Origin: an uncultured Spirochaetaceae bacterium
GTDB taxonomy: Bacteria > Spirochaetota > Spirochaetia > SZUA-6 > Bin103
Direction of reading: 5' to 3'
NCBI GenBank assembly: GCA_964618015.1
Contig: CAZTZA010000004.1
Coordinates: 1,440 to 65,439 of the forward strand
Length of the DNA stretch: 64,000 nucleotides
A program made the translations under genes and the position numbers. Below, piece by piece: positions 54,572 to 63,969 of this stretch. The stretch's first letter is position 1. Every line of letters starts with the position of its first letter. The notes under the pieces are model-generated. The model worked only from the letters and a program-made list of their open reading frames with translations. It did not search any database and was not told the origin of the DNA.

Positions 54572-55973
54572 ACCATTTATTGGTCCTGACTTTCTACTTC
54601 CGACACAAGCGGCACGTCGCCTCTACCACGAGTACGCTGCTGACCAGCCGATTTTTGATTACCACTGCCACCTGCCGGTTCAGGAGATTGCTTCCAATCG
54701 AGGATTTTCGACTATTACCGAAATGTGGCTCGGCGGAGATCATTATAAGTGGCGTGCAATGCGAACTCTAGGGATCGACGAGAATTTTATTACTGGCAGA
54801 GCTAGTAGTTATGAAAAATTTTTCGCATGGGCAGAGGCGGTGCCGTATACCATAAGGAATCCTCTCTATCACTGGACACATATGGAGTTACGAAATCCAT
54901 TTGGCGTGCATGATCTGTTGTCTCCTGCTACGGCAGAGTCGATTTATCATGCTTGTAATGAACGGTTGAACGAACCAGATCTTTGTACCCATGGCCTGCT
55001 GAAAATGATGAACGTTAAGGTTGTATGTACCACCGATGATCCGGCAGACAGTCTTGAGTACCATGAGATCATCCGGGAGGAAGGGGGACCGTGCACAGTG
55101 GTGCCTGGTTTTCGTGCTGACCATGCCCTCGCTGTCGACGATCCATTACGGCTGAACGGATGGTTAACCAAACTCGGGGAACGTGTTGGTCTTGAGATCA
55201 CCAGCTATAGTGAAATGCTGGCTGCATTAACTGAAAGGCATACAGCATTCCACGTTGCCGGTTGTCGTCTATCCGATCACGGGTTAGAGGATTTGGATGC
55301 GGAACCCTATACAGCGGTAGAGGTGGATCGGATTTTTCAAAAGGCGTTGAGTGGGCAGGCAGTGGATCTGCATGAAACGCGCATCTATCGATCGGCTGTG
55401 CTTTATGAGCTCGCATGCATGGATGCAGACGCTGGTTGGGTGCAGCAGTTCCATCTGGGAGCCCTGCGAAACACCAACCGACGTGGTTTCGAGGAGCTTG
55501 GGCGTGATGTTGGTTACGATTCGATTGGTGATCCGCCGTCAGCTCAGTCTATGGCACGTTTTTTTGACCGGCTGGAGCAATCTGATAAGTTGGCCAAGAC
55601 TATCATCTACATTCTTGATCCGGCCCAGAATGATTTATTTGCAGCAATGATTGGGAACTTCCAGGGTGATGGGGTCCGCGGTCGCATGCAGTTCGGTACA
55701 GCGTGGTGGTACAATGATCAACTCGATGGCATGCGAAGGCAGATGGACGCTTTGTCAAATAGCGGACTGCTTTCTTGTTTTGTTGGGATGGTGACTGATT
55801 CTCGCAGTTTTTTGTCTTACCCGAGGCATGACTACTTCCGTCGTCTATTATGCGGAATTATGGGTGATGAGATGGAGCGAGGGTTGTTACCTACTGACTT
55901 CAATCTTCTGGGCGGAATCGTCGCTGATATCTGCTACGGTAATGCCCAGCGATACTTTGCAATAGAGATCTGA
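54564..55973 (+). CDS. uxaC: Glucuronate (uronate) isomerase UxaC
   Basis: 'QPIFDYHCHLP' and 'GDHYKWRAMRT' are near-identical to the E. coli UxaC motifs. Confidence 0.85.
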   Translation: MAEPFIGPDFLLPTQAARRLYHEYAADQPIFDYHCHLPVQEIASNRGFSTITEMWLGGDHYKWRAMRTLGIDENFITGRASSYEKFFAWAEAVPYTIRNPLYHWTHMELRNPFGVHDLLSPATAESIYHACNERLNEPDLCTHGLLKMMNVKVVCTTDDPADSLEYHEIIREEGGPCTVVPGFRADHALAVDDPLRLNGWLTKLGERVGLEITSYSEMLAALTERHTAFHVAGCRLSDHGLEDLDAEPYTAVEVDRIFQKALSGQAVDLHETRIYRSAVLYELACMDADAGWVQQFHLGALRNTNRRGFEELGRDVGYDSIGDPPSAQSMARFFDRLEQSDKLAKTIIYILDPAQNDLFAAMIGNFQGDGVRGRMQFGTAWWYNDQLDGMRRQMDALSNSGLLSCFVGMVTDSRSFLSYPRHDYFRRLLCGIMGDEMERGLLPTDFNLLGGIVADICYGNAQRYFAIEI

Positions 55974-55974
55974 C

Positions 55975-56637
55975 GTGGCGTTAAGCAAGCGGCTGAGCTG
56001 TTATTCAGCAATACACGATACGGGTCTTGTTCCGCTGTACTATGAGCCGGACCCGGATTTGGCGACTCGGCTGGCTGTTGCCTGTATGGAAGGGGGTGCG
56101 CAGTTAGTAGAGATAACGGATCGTGGTCCGGGAGCACTCAGGGCCTTCAGCGTGGTCCATGAACAACTGCGCCACTCCCAAATATGGCTTGGGGCAGGTT
56201 CGATCATGGATGCTGCGACGGCCGCACAGTACATTGCCGCTGGTGCGAATTTTATTGTTAGCCCTTCACTAGATAAGGCTACTGCGAGACTTTGTAATCG
56301 GCGGAAGATTCCTTATCTGCCTGGCTGTATCACCCCGACGGAAATTAGCCAGGCTGAGGAGCTGGGAGTAGAAATCATTAAGGTCTTTCCCGGGACTGTT
56401 GGCGGGCCAGAGTTCGTCAGTGCGATCCGCGGGCCGATGCCATGGACAAGTATTTTGCCAACCGGTGGAGTATCGGTAAGTCAGGAAAGCATCGGCGCAT
56501 GGATCAGAGCGGGCGCCTGTGCGCTTGGTATAGGTAGTGCTCTCTTTCCCGAAACTGATCGACAGCAGAATAATTATGATCGCATTTCCGCTCGCGTTGC
56601 CGAAGCATTATCGTTTATCAGGACTGCGCGGGAATAA
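55975..56637 (+). CDS. eda: KDPG / 4-hydroxy-2-oxoglutarate aldolase (Eda family)
   Basis: 'GAQLVEIT', 'LGAGSIMDAATAAQYIAAGANFIVSP' and 'IKVFPG' contain the Schiff-base lysine. Confidence 0.8.
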   Translation: MALSKRLSCYSAIHDTGLVPLYYEPDPDLATRLAVACMEGGAQLVEITDRGPGALRAFSVVHEQLRHSQIWLGAGSIMDAATAAQYIAAGANFIVSPSLDKATARLCNRRKIPYLPGCITPTEISQAEELGVEIIKVFPGTVGGPEFVSAIRGPMPWTSILPTGGVSVSQESIGAWIRAGACALGIGSALFPETDRQQNNYDRISARVAEALSFIRTARE

Positions 56638-56673
56638 ATGAAATTACACAGAGACGTAACTTCTTCGGTCCAG

Positions 56674-57105
56674 TCAAGGGGGCAGAGGTTGTCGACCCGA
56701 ATAGCCATCCGTTACCCGGTGGAAGAAAGCAAGTGTAGGCTCGTCGCTTCTCCAGCAGAGGAATACTTGCTCACCGTCAATGATAGAAGGAAAATCGACC
56801 AGGCCTATCTCGAAGTTCCAGTCTTTGAAGAAGCATCCCATGGACTCTAATTCCTTCAAATACTCAAGCAGGGTGTCGCGGTACTGCATTGCTATAGGGT
56901 CGTCTTCGAATAAAGTATCGAAGTTAACTGGTTTAATGGAGGAAGATTTAGGGTTTGCGGGGGTTAATTGGCCTTTTTGCGGCGAGATCTTCTGTAGGTA
57001 GGACCGTAGATCTTGTCCAGTCTGAAGAATATCAGCAACGATGCGTCTGACCAGTGGTAGCGCATGCGACGCCTCATCTCGAGAAAAATATCGTTGGAAT
57101 TCCAT
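56674..57105 (-). CDS. DUF2203-like hypothetical protein
   Basis: 'YFSRDEASHALPLVRRIVADI' resembles the DUF2203 N-terminus. Start placed at the internal ATG. Confidence 0.4.
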   Translation of the reverse strand: MEFQRYFSRDEASHALPLVRRIVADILQTGQDLRSYLQKISPQKGQLTPANPKSSSIKPVNFDTLFEDDPIAMQYRDTLLEYLKELESMGCFFKDWNFEIGLVDFPSIIDGEQVFLCWRSDEPTLAFFHRVTDGYSGRQPLPP

Positions 57106-57186
57106 GTCGTTATGCTCCAGAGCGGTCGGAACCCTGCGGGAGCATCCCAGCGGGGTCAACTACGCTTCCCATGATATTCTAGAATC

Positions 57187-58515
57187 GTGACGAAAATACG
57201 GACGTTTATCTACTCAGAAGCTAAAGACCGCCGGGAGCTGGACGAGATGCTGCGTCGGCTTTCGGGTGCGATAGGAGGCAACGTTGCACTGAGTGCAGAG
57301 GTTGCGGGATTTATCGACGACGTTCGTCGAGACCGCGATACTGCCTTGGTAGCGCACATGAAAGCGTTCAGCGATCCAGATTTCGATGCATCAATGATCC
57401 GTGTATCGCCCCAGTTGATTCAATTGGCAGTTGACCGTGTTGATTCCGAGCTTCGTAATGCTCTTGAACGTGCGATTAACCATGTTCGGCGTTATCAGGA
57501 ACACATTGCTCCCCCGCTGTTGCCAGATACCAAGGTTGACGACGCCAGCCTGGGGTTGCGGTTTGAGCCGATTCAATCGGTCGGTTTGTTAGTGCCTGGA
57601 GGACGAGCTTCCTATCCGTCAACCCTTCTAATGTTGGCGGTTCCTGCGCAGGTAGCGGGTGTCGAGCGTATTTGCTTAGCAACCCCACCACCTGACCTCG
57701 ACCGGGGTCTGACTCCGCACGGTCCACAGATCGCTGACGAGGTATTGGCAACAGCATTTCTACTTGATATCGATGAGGTCTATTGCATAGGAGGAAGTCA
57801 TGCAGCAGCGGCGCTCGCTATGGGCACGCAGACCGTCCAGTCGGTTGACTTCATTGCTGGGCCAGGTAGCGTTTATGTGCAGGAAGCGAAGCGGCAGTTG
57901 TTCGGAATCGTAGGGGTAGATGGTCTTTACGGTCCGAGTGAAATAGCAATCCTGGCCGACGGAACAGCCAATCCATCCTGGGTCGCTGCTGATGTTCTGG
58001 CGCAGTTAGAGCATGATCCGGGTGCTGCTTTTGTCGTCTCGGAGCACATTGAGGTGTTAGAAGCGGTTCAGGCGCAACTTACCCAGCAACTGAGCGAACG
58101 AGGTCGGCAGGATGGGATTCAACGAGGCATAGAAAGGTCTGCAGCATTCGTGCTAGCTGCCAACCGAAACGAGGCTTGTACTATTATGAACCGTCTTGCA
58201 GCAGAGCATGCAGTACTAGCTGTCTCTGATCCGCACAAGCTACTTGAAAGCCTAAAGAGCTCCGGTGCATATTTTCTTGGGAGTGCACCAGTTGCCAGCG
58301 GCGATTACTATGCTGGGCCGAGCCACTGTTTGCCTACTGGATCAACTGGGCGGTTTTCTTCAGGTTGTAGTGTGTATACGTTCCTGCGCCGTGCTAGCGT
58401 AGAGGAGTATCCTCACGGGATGTCACACCAAACGATCCATGATATAGCAACAATTGCGCTGGCAGAGGGCCTAGACGCACACGCGGCTAGCGTTCGCATT
58501 AGGGAAGACTCTTAG
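57187..58515 (+). CDS. hisD: Histidinol dehydrogenase HisD
   Basis: 'LLVPGGRASYPSTLLMLAVPAQVAGV', 'AGPSHCLPT' and 'DFIAGPG' are HisD Zn/NAD motifs. Confidence 0.85.
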   Translation: MTKIRTFIYSEAKDRRELDEMLRRLSGAIGGNVALSAEVAGFIDDVRRDRDTALVAHMKAFSDPDFDASMIRVSPQLIQLAVDRVDSELRNALERAINHVRRYQEHIAPPLLPDTKVDDASLGLRFEPIQSVGLLVPGGRASYPSTLLMLAVPAQVAGVERICLATPPPDLDRGLTPHGPQIADEVLATAFLLDIDEVYCIGGSHAAAALAMGTQTVQSVDFIAGPGSVYVQEAKRQLFGIVGVDGLYGPSEIAILADGTANPSWVAADVLAQLEHDPGAAFVVSEHIEVLEAVQAQLTQQLSERGRQDGIQRGIERSAAFVLAANRNEACTIMNRLAAEHAVLAVSDPHKLLESLKSSGAYFLGSAPVASGDYYAGPSHCLPTGSTGRFSSGCSVYTFLRRASVEEYPHGMSHQTIHDIATIALAEGLDAHAASVRIREDS

Positions 58516-58523
58516 CTATACGG

Positions 58524-59204
58524 CTAAAATTTCTTCTGGTCCATAGGCTTGGCCAGTATTTTTGATGCTGCTTGAGTTCCAATAGTCACGGCCCCAAGTT
58601 CAGTTTGCAAGGTAATCGCGTCGGCGGCTCGATCCAGCAGTTCAACCGTGACGCTCTTACCGGGATGCAATTTGCTACGGTGTACGAATTGTAGAAACTC
58701 TGGATCTTGATCTGTGACACGCTTTATCTGAAGCTCGACCTGTGGCGGTTGCTCTATGAGACTATCAAAGACTGTTTGGTCAACCTGACCTCGGTGGGTC
58801 GGTATAGGGTCGCCGTGTGGATCTACTGACGGAAAGTCCAAGAGGGCGTCAATCCGCGATAGAACGAGGTCAGAGATGGCGTGTTCCAGGCTGTCAGCCT
58901 CGCCGTGTACCTCAGACCAGTCAAGTCCTACAACCTCAACCAGGAACAGCTCGACGAGTCTGTGGCGCCGAAGTACGTCCAGTGCCAGAGATTCTCCGGA
59001 ATCAGTTAAGCGACTACCGTTTCGTGGCTCGTAATTGATTAGGCCGAGTCCTGCTAATGTTTTCATCATAGAGGTGGCAGTCCCGGGGGATACGTCCATC
59101 GCGTCGGCGATCTGGCCCATCGGCAGGAACTTCTCTGGACGGTCACGGTGGCCCAAGTAGATCGCCTTGACATAGTTCTCGACCGTGCTTGAGTAGACGC
59201 TCAT
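58524..59204 (-). CDS. DtxR/MntR family metal-dependent transcriptional regulator with a C-terminal FeoA/SH3-like domain
   Basis: 'ENYVKAIY', the HTH 'LAGLGLINYEPRNGSRLTDSG' and the metal-site 'HRLVELFLVEVVG...EVHGEADSLEH'. Confidence 0.8.
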   Translation of the reverse strand: MSVYSSTVENYVKAIYLGHRDRPEKFLPMGQIADAMDVSPGTATSMMKTLAGLGLINYEPRNGSRLTDSGESLALDVLRRHRLVELFLVEVVGLDWSEVHGEADSLEHAISDLVLSRIDALLDFPSVDPHGDPIPTHRGQVDQTVFDSLIEQPPQVELQIKRVTDQDPEFLQFVHRSKLHPGKSVTVELLDRAADAITLQTELGAVTIGTQAASKILAKPMDQKKF

Positions 59205-59986
59205 GGCTTTGGGTCTGAGGCTCGTGCTGCGCCAGTACTCATTCCGCCATCTACTAGTAGTATCTGGCCAGTGACGTACGCGGATTCATCCGAGGCGAGA
59301 AATACTACAGCACCGTCCAAGTCAGACGGCATTCCGAGTCGTTTCAGCGGTATCCGGTCGATAATGTAGTCACGCCATTCAGCGTCTTCGAATAGTACCT
59401 CTGTTTGTGCGGTCCGGAACCAGCCGGGAGCTAGGCAGTTAACTGTGATTCCGTGAGAACCTAAAGTGTCGGATAGCGCACGTGACATTTGTAGCACACC
59501 GCCACGGCTCGCAACGTAAGGGACGATGGCGCCAAAGCCGAACACGCTGGTGACTGAGCCGATGTTAATTATCCGACCGTAACCATTTTTAATCATTGAA
59601 GGAGCAAGTACCTGCGTGACAAAAAAAGCTCCACGTAAATTGGTGTCTAGAACCTTGTTCCAGTCGTCCCATGTGGTTTCTTGGAATGGCTTGCGCACAT
59701 TGCAGCCGGCATTATTGACTAGAATGTTTACTGCTCCAATTTCTTCCGTTACTGCATGTCCAAAAGCGCGAATACTGGACTCTGATCGAATGTCTAGTGA
59801 GTATGCACGTGCCGTGCCACCCGACGAATCGATTTGATCAATAGTCTCGGCGCAGTCACGGGCATCACGTGCGGTAAGCACGAGCGAAGCCCCGGCGCGG
59901 GCTAACGCCCTACTCATGAAGTTACCAAGACCACGACTGGCCCCCGTTACTACTGCAGTGCGTCCGCTAAGGTCAAAGGAACTCAC
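59201..59986 (-). CDS. SDR family oxidoreductase
   Basis: 'RTAVVTGASRGLG', 'NNAG' and 'YVASRGG' (YxxxK-like; K replaced by R). Confidence 0.75.
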   Translation of the reverse strand: MSSFDLSGRTAVVTGASRGLGNFMSRALARAGASLVLTARDARDCAETIDQIDSSGGTARAYSLDIRSESSIRAFGHAVTEEIGAVNILVNNAGCNVRKPFQETTWDDWNKVLDTNLRGAFFVTQVLAPSMIKNGYGRIINIGSVTSVFGFGAIVPYVASRGGVLQMSRALSDTLGSHGITVNCLAPGWFRTAQTEVLFEDAEWRDYIIDRIPLKRLGMPSDLDGAVVFLASDESAYVTGQILLVDGGMSTGAARASDPKP

Positions 59987-60453
59987 GGGAAGTCTCTGAT
60001 CGTTGCCATCTCAAGGGCTGCTAGTGCAGCCTCGCACCCGCGATTCACCGTTCCTCCTGAACGAGCAATAGCCTGATGTCGGTCGTTGGCACTGACCACA
60101 CCCAGCAGGATTGGTACGTCAGTGCTAAGTCCGACCTGGGTAATACCCGTCGCTACTGCAGTTCCCACCAGTTCATCGTGGTTTGTTTCTCCCTTCATTA
60201 TGCATCCTACGCAGATAACGGCACTCACCTTTTCATACCGAGCTAGGTACTTGGCAGCAAATGGCAACTCGAATGAGCCTGGGACCCATAAGATGCGTAC
60301 ATCTCCTGCTTTGACGCCATGCTTGATGAGGGTCGTCAGTGCTCCGTCGACTAGGCGCTGGGTAATATCATAGTTGAATCTGCTAGCCGCAATAGCAAAT
60401 CGCTGACCTGTGCCTTCTAAAACCACTGGCGGAGGGGGTGTTGCTATTTTCAT
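59983..60453 (-). CDS. ribH: 6,7-dimethyl-8-ribityllumazine synthase RibH
   Basis: 'RFAIAASRFN', 'VPGSFELP' and 'VGCIMKGETNHDELV' lumazine-synthase motifs. Confidence 0.9.
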   Translation of the reverse strand: MKIATPPPPVVLEGTGQRFAIAASRFNYDITQRLVDGALTTLIKHGVKAGDVRILWVPGSFELPFAAKYLARYEKVSAVICVGCIMKGETNHDELVGTAVATGITQVGLSTDVPILLGVVSANDRHQAIARSGGTVNRGCEAALAALEMATIRDFP

Positions 60454-61682
60454 GAATATAGTTGCGCGACGTGCAACATTGGCAGGGCCATCCGGCGCGC
60501 TAGTATCCGAAGTTCTGCTCGTCGCGCCATATAACCGTCGTCATCAAGGACTGGGCAGATAGCGGCGGCTGGAGGTACTCCTGCACGAGAAGCTAGCTCG
60601 ACTGCTGCCTCAGTGTGTCCCTGGCGCGTGGATAGGCCTCCTGGATGGGCTGCAATGGGAAAGATATGCCCGGGTCTGGCGAAATCTCCAGGTGAGGCAT
60701 CTGGATCAGCCAAAGCACGTAATGTAATAGCTCGGTCATGCGCGGATTCTCCGCTGGTCGTTCCCTTAGTAGCGTCAATTGAAACGGTAAAGCGTGTACC
60801 ATGTAGAGCAGTGTTCAACGCTGTCATTGGAGCGAGTTGCAGTTGCTCCGCTCTATCCGGGGTGATTGCTGCACATAACACGCCGCTTGCTTGTCGTAGC
60901 ATGCGAGTTACTGTTTTTGATGTAATCAGGGCTGCGGCAGCTACAAGGTCACCTTCGTTTTCTCGATCCACGTCGTCAACTAGCAACACCATTTTCCCTC
61001 TAGCCATTGCGTCAGTTGCATCTTCAACAGTTGCCATCGTTGGAACTGCTGTGCTGGTCTCAGTGGAGACTGGGTTGTAGGTTGATGTGTCGCGGTTGCC
61101 GGCCAATCGTTCAACATACTTGGCGATCATGTCTACTTCTACATTGACTTGATCGCCGACGTGTCGGTCAGTGAGTGCGGTGGCATGGGCAGTGTGAGGA
61201 ATGATTGAAAATCCAAGCAGATCGTTTTCAAGACTCGCGACCGTGAGGCTTACACCGTCGATTGCGATTGAACCTTCCAGCACAACGTATGGGAGCAAGG
61301 TCTTCGGTAGTTGAATTGTGAGCCAGCGTGCAGTTCCAAGATCTTGCCAATGACAGATTGTGGCAGTGTCATTCACGTGGCCTTGCACTAGGTGTCCATC
61401 AACCCGGTTTCCGTAGGCTATAGGTCGCTCTAAATTAACACGTCGACCTGCGGAGAAGGATCCGAGGGTGGTCTTTTGTAGAGTCGCGCCAACGCTGTCG
61501 ATAAGCAGCGAATCGTCTTCAAGAGAAACGACGGTTTGACATACTCCGTCAACCGCGATCGAGGATCCGACTTCGGTGCCGTCGAGTACGGTGCTGGCCC
61601 TAATAGATATACGGGCCGCATCAGCATTGGAGTGATGAACCCCGGTGACAACACCGACTTCCTCTATGATACCGCTGAACAT
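60450..61682 (-). CDS. Fusion of riboflavin synthase (RibE, N-terminal) and 3,4-dihydroxy-2-butanone-4-phosphate synthase (RibB, C-terminal); no GTP cyclohydrolase II domain
   Basis: N-terminal 'MFSGIIEEVG', the internal repeat 'VDGHLVQGHVND' and 'KYVERL' mark RibE. After a Ser/Thr linker, 'ARGKMVLLVDDVDRENEGDLV' through '...HIFPIAAHPGG' is RibB. The protein ends without a RibA domain. Confidence 0.8.
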   Translation of the reverse strand: MFSGIIEEVGVVTGVHHSNADAARISIRASTVLDGTEVGSSIAVDGVCQTVVSLEDDSLLIDSVGATLQKTTLGSFSAGRRVNLERPIAYGNRVDGHLVQGHVNDTATICHWQDLGTARWLTIQLPKTLLPYVVLEGSIAIDGVSLTVASLENDLLGFSIIPHTAHATALTDRHVGDQVNVEVDMIAKYVERLAGNRDTSTYNPVSTETSTAVPTMATVEDATDAMARGKMVLLVDDVDRENEGDLVAAAALITSKTVTRMLRQASGVLCAAITPDRAEQLQLAPMTALNTALHGTRFTVSIDATKGTTSGESAHDRAITLRALADPDASPGDFARPGHIFPIAAHPGGLSTRQGHTEAAVELASRAGVPPAAAICPVLDDDGYMARRAELRILARRMALPMLHVAQLYS

Positions 61683-62833
61683 CCAGATTCCTGAGGCTGC
61701 ATTTTATTAGTCTGCCCGACCGTTGAGGCGATCGATCGGTAGCCAGAGATGACTGCCTGATCGTTAATCTGTTGATGGCTGACCCTTTCCAGACGCAGTG
61801 CATCGATCAGTTGAGAGATTCTCAGATCACCAACGGACTCAGTTCCGGTGCCGATGATTATCGGCGCCACGACTGCCACTAGCTTGTCAAACAGTCTTAG
61901 TCGGATGAATTCCGTATGGAGTGCTGCCCCGCCTTCTACCAGCAGTGAGGTCACGCCAGTTTCCGCTAGGGTAGTTAGTACCTGATCTAGGGAAACCTTG
62001 CCGTCTTTCGTGCTACCGACGACAGTGACCCGCGCGCCGGCATGCTCTAGGGCAGTACGCGCGTTTAGATCGTGTCGTTCGGTGGTAAACACTTGCGGCG
62101 GCCGCTCACCTGATAGCATACGAGAATTTTTTGGAAGTCGTAGGGTAGAGTCGATCACTATTGGCAACGGCGGACGGTCACGCAGAGGGGTAGCTAATCG
62201 CACCGTTAGCTCCGGATCATCGGTCAGAGCCGTCTCGATGCCAACCATAATTGCATCGTGGCATGCCCGGAGCTCATGAACCATCACTCGAGCTTCGTGG
62301 TCAGAGATCCAGCGAGAATCGCCCTCGTCGGTGGCGATCCGTCCATCAATGGATTGAGCGACCTTTAAAGTTACAAACGGTGTGCCAGCACGATGGAACT
62401 TGAAATGCACGGCATTTAATAGAACGGCCTCGGCTTCTAACACGCCTTCGATTACCTTGATACCGGCATCACGCAACATGCGCACGCCAGCTCCATCAAC
62501 CTTTGGATGGGGGTCAGAGGTGGCGATTACCACGCACCGCACCCGTTCGTGAATAATTTGTTGTGCGCATGGCGGTGTGTGCTTTTCGACACCAGTCCAG
62601 CAGCACGGCTCAAGATTGGTGTACAGGGTTGCACCCTCGGCACCACCGGAAGCCTTAGCTCGGGAAAGAGCTACTGATTCGGCGTGTTCCCCACGGTCGG
62701 AAAGGTAGCCTTCTCCGACGACGCTGCCGTCTCTGAGTACGAGGGCAGCAGTCAATGGGTTGGGCGACGTACGCCACTGCCCGTGGCTTGCCAAATCTAG
62801 CACCCTGCGCATCATCTGTTCGTGATCAGCCAT
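61664..62833 (-). CDS. ribD: Bifunctional diaminohydroxyphosphoribosylaminopyrimidine deaminase / 5-amino-6-(5-phosphoribosylamino)uracil reductase RibD
   Basis: Deaminase Zn motifs 'HAE' and 'LEPCC...PCA', and the reductase domain 'VTLKVAQSIDGRIA'. Start placed at the internal ATG ('MADHEQMMRRVLDLA'). Confidence 0.85.
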   Translation of the reverse strand: MADHEQMMRRVLDLASHGQWRTSPNPLTAALVLRDGSVVGEGYLSDRGEHAESVALSRAKASGGAEGATLYTNLEPCCWTGVEKHTPPCAQQIIHERVRCVVIATSDPHPKVDGAGVRMLRDAGIKVIEGVLEAEAVLLNAVHFKFHRAGTPFVTLKVAQSIDGRIATDEGDSRWISDHEARVMVHELRACHDAIMVGIETALTDDPELTVRLATPLRDRPPLPIVIDSTLRLPKNSRMLSGERPPQVFTTERHDLNARTALEHAGARVTVVGSTKDGKVSLDQVLTTLAETGVTSLLVEGGAALHTEFIRLRLFDKLVAVVAPIIIGTGTESVGDLRISQLIDALRLERVSHQQINDQAVISGYRSIASTVGQTNKMQPQESGCSAVS

Positions 62834-62921
62834 CGCCTTTGTTTCATCGCGGGGCTCTGGATCAGCGCAGAAGCAGCCGGCGCCCAACTCTCACATGGGA
62901 CGCACATGGGCCTACGCCCAA

Positions 62922-63080
62922 CCGAACTTCTCCTATCCGGACTTTACCGTCGGCACCGGAATTTCACCGGTTCCTACCCAATACTTACGAATCAGGCTCA
63001 CGGGCTATCACCGTCGGTCTGGAATAGGCGCCAGTCATGACGCCGCACCATGCCCCGAAGTTCTCTTCTAATGAACAGGC
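62922..63080 (-). promoter_or_regulatory. FMN riboswitch (RFN element) in the ribD leader
   Basis: The minus strand reads 'AGAAGAGAACTTCGGGGCATGGTGCGGCG...GACCGACGGTGATAGCCCGTGAGCC...CCGGTGAAATTCCGGTGCCGACGGTAAAGTCCGGATAGGAGAAG'. This matches the conserved RFN blocks (UCUUCGGGGCAGGGUGAAAUUCCC / GCCGACAGUAUAGUCUGGAUGGGAGAAG), including the P1 5'/3' complementarity. Confidence 0.8.
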
Positions 63081-63246
63081 TACCGGCTGGCTACCAACTC
63101 TGTCAAACGGACGGGTATCCTCTGCCAAGAGCAACGGTTCATTGAATCACCGGCTGGCAGGTTGGTTACATCGCATCAGATGTAGTTTCTCAAGATCAGC
63201 GCAGTGTTCTGCCGTCGGGTGCGGTACCGTAATGGAGAAGTAGTGA

Positions 63247-63969
63247 CTACAATACTGCTCGGCGACCAAATGTGAGAGTCATCGGATCTTCAACGGGCAC
63301 CGGTCCGCGCATCAAGTAAGGTTCTCCATATTCGACACCGATCAGCGATCCGTAATAACGGTTCCGGCCTTCCCAGGCATCTAGGAAGCTATCCGCTGAG
63401 ATGGCTGTCTCAGGCTCACCACGCGTTGGGTCATAAAGTTGGGAGCGGTAACATGCGACTGCCTTTCGCTTACGTTGCCAGTGGTCGCTAATGTCTACCA
63501 CTAGCGAAGGGCGGAATTGGTAACGTGCCATATAGTGAAGGATTGACTCGGGTCGATGTGGGGAACCAATACCAGCGTGCTTCCCAACACCCGCTAACCA
63601 CCATGCTTCCTGAGATTGAAGACTTGTGTTGGTGTGGTCGGGATGGTGATCTTCCCAGTAAGGTGCGATTATCAGTCGTGGCCGGTGAGCTCGGATTACC
63701 TCGATGAGTTTAATTCTATTCTCAATCGTACAGGTCACCGCACCGTCTGGGAGATCGAGGTTTATACGCTCATCCAATCCCAACACGAGCGCGGCTTCAG
63801 TAGCCTCCTGGTCTCTCTCAGCTGCAGTGCCCCTTGTACCTGCTTCGCCGTGGGTGAGATCGCATACCCCGATCGATGCGCCAGATGACTTGGCTCGCAA
63901 CAGCAATCCCGCACAATTCAGCTCGGCATCATCAGGGTGGGCGCAGAACGCCAGAACATCCAATGCCAT
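63247..63969 (-). CDS. PIG-L/LmbE family N-acetylglucosaminyl deacetylase (BshB1/MshB-like)
   Basis: 'LAFCAHPDDAEL', 'GVCDLTHGEAGTRG' and 'HPDH' metal-site motifs align with BshB1. Confidence 0.7.
   Translation of the reverse strand: MALDVLAFCAHPDDAELNCAGLLLRAKSSGASIGVCDLTHGEAGTRGTAAERDQEATEAALVLGLDERINLDLPDGAVTCTIENRIKLIEVIRAHRPRLIIAPYWEDHHPDHTNTSLQSQEAWWLAGVGKHAGIGSPHRPESILHYMARYQFRPSLVVDISDHWQRKRKAVACYRSQLYDPTRGEPETAISADSFLDAWEGRNRYYGSLIGVEYGEPYLMRGPVPVEDPMTLTFGRRAVL

Noticed and set aside
60613-61080. 155-aa plus-strand ORF
   Set aside because: Antisense to the ribE::ribB fusion, whose protein motifs are unambiguous.
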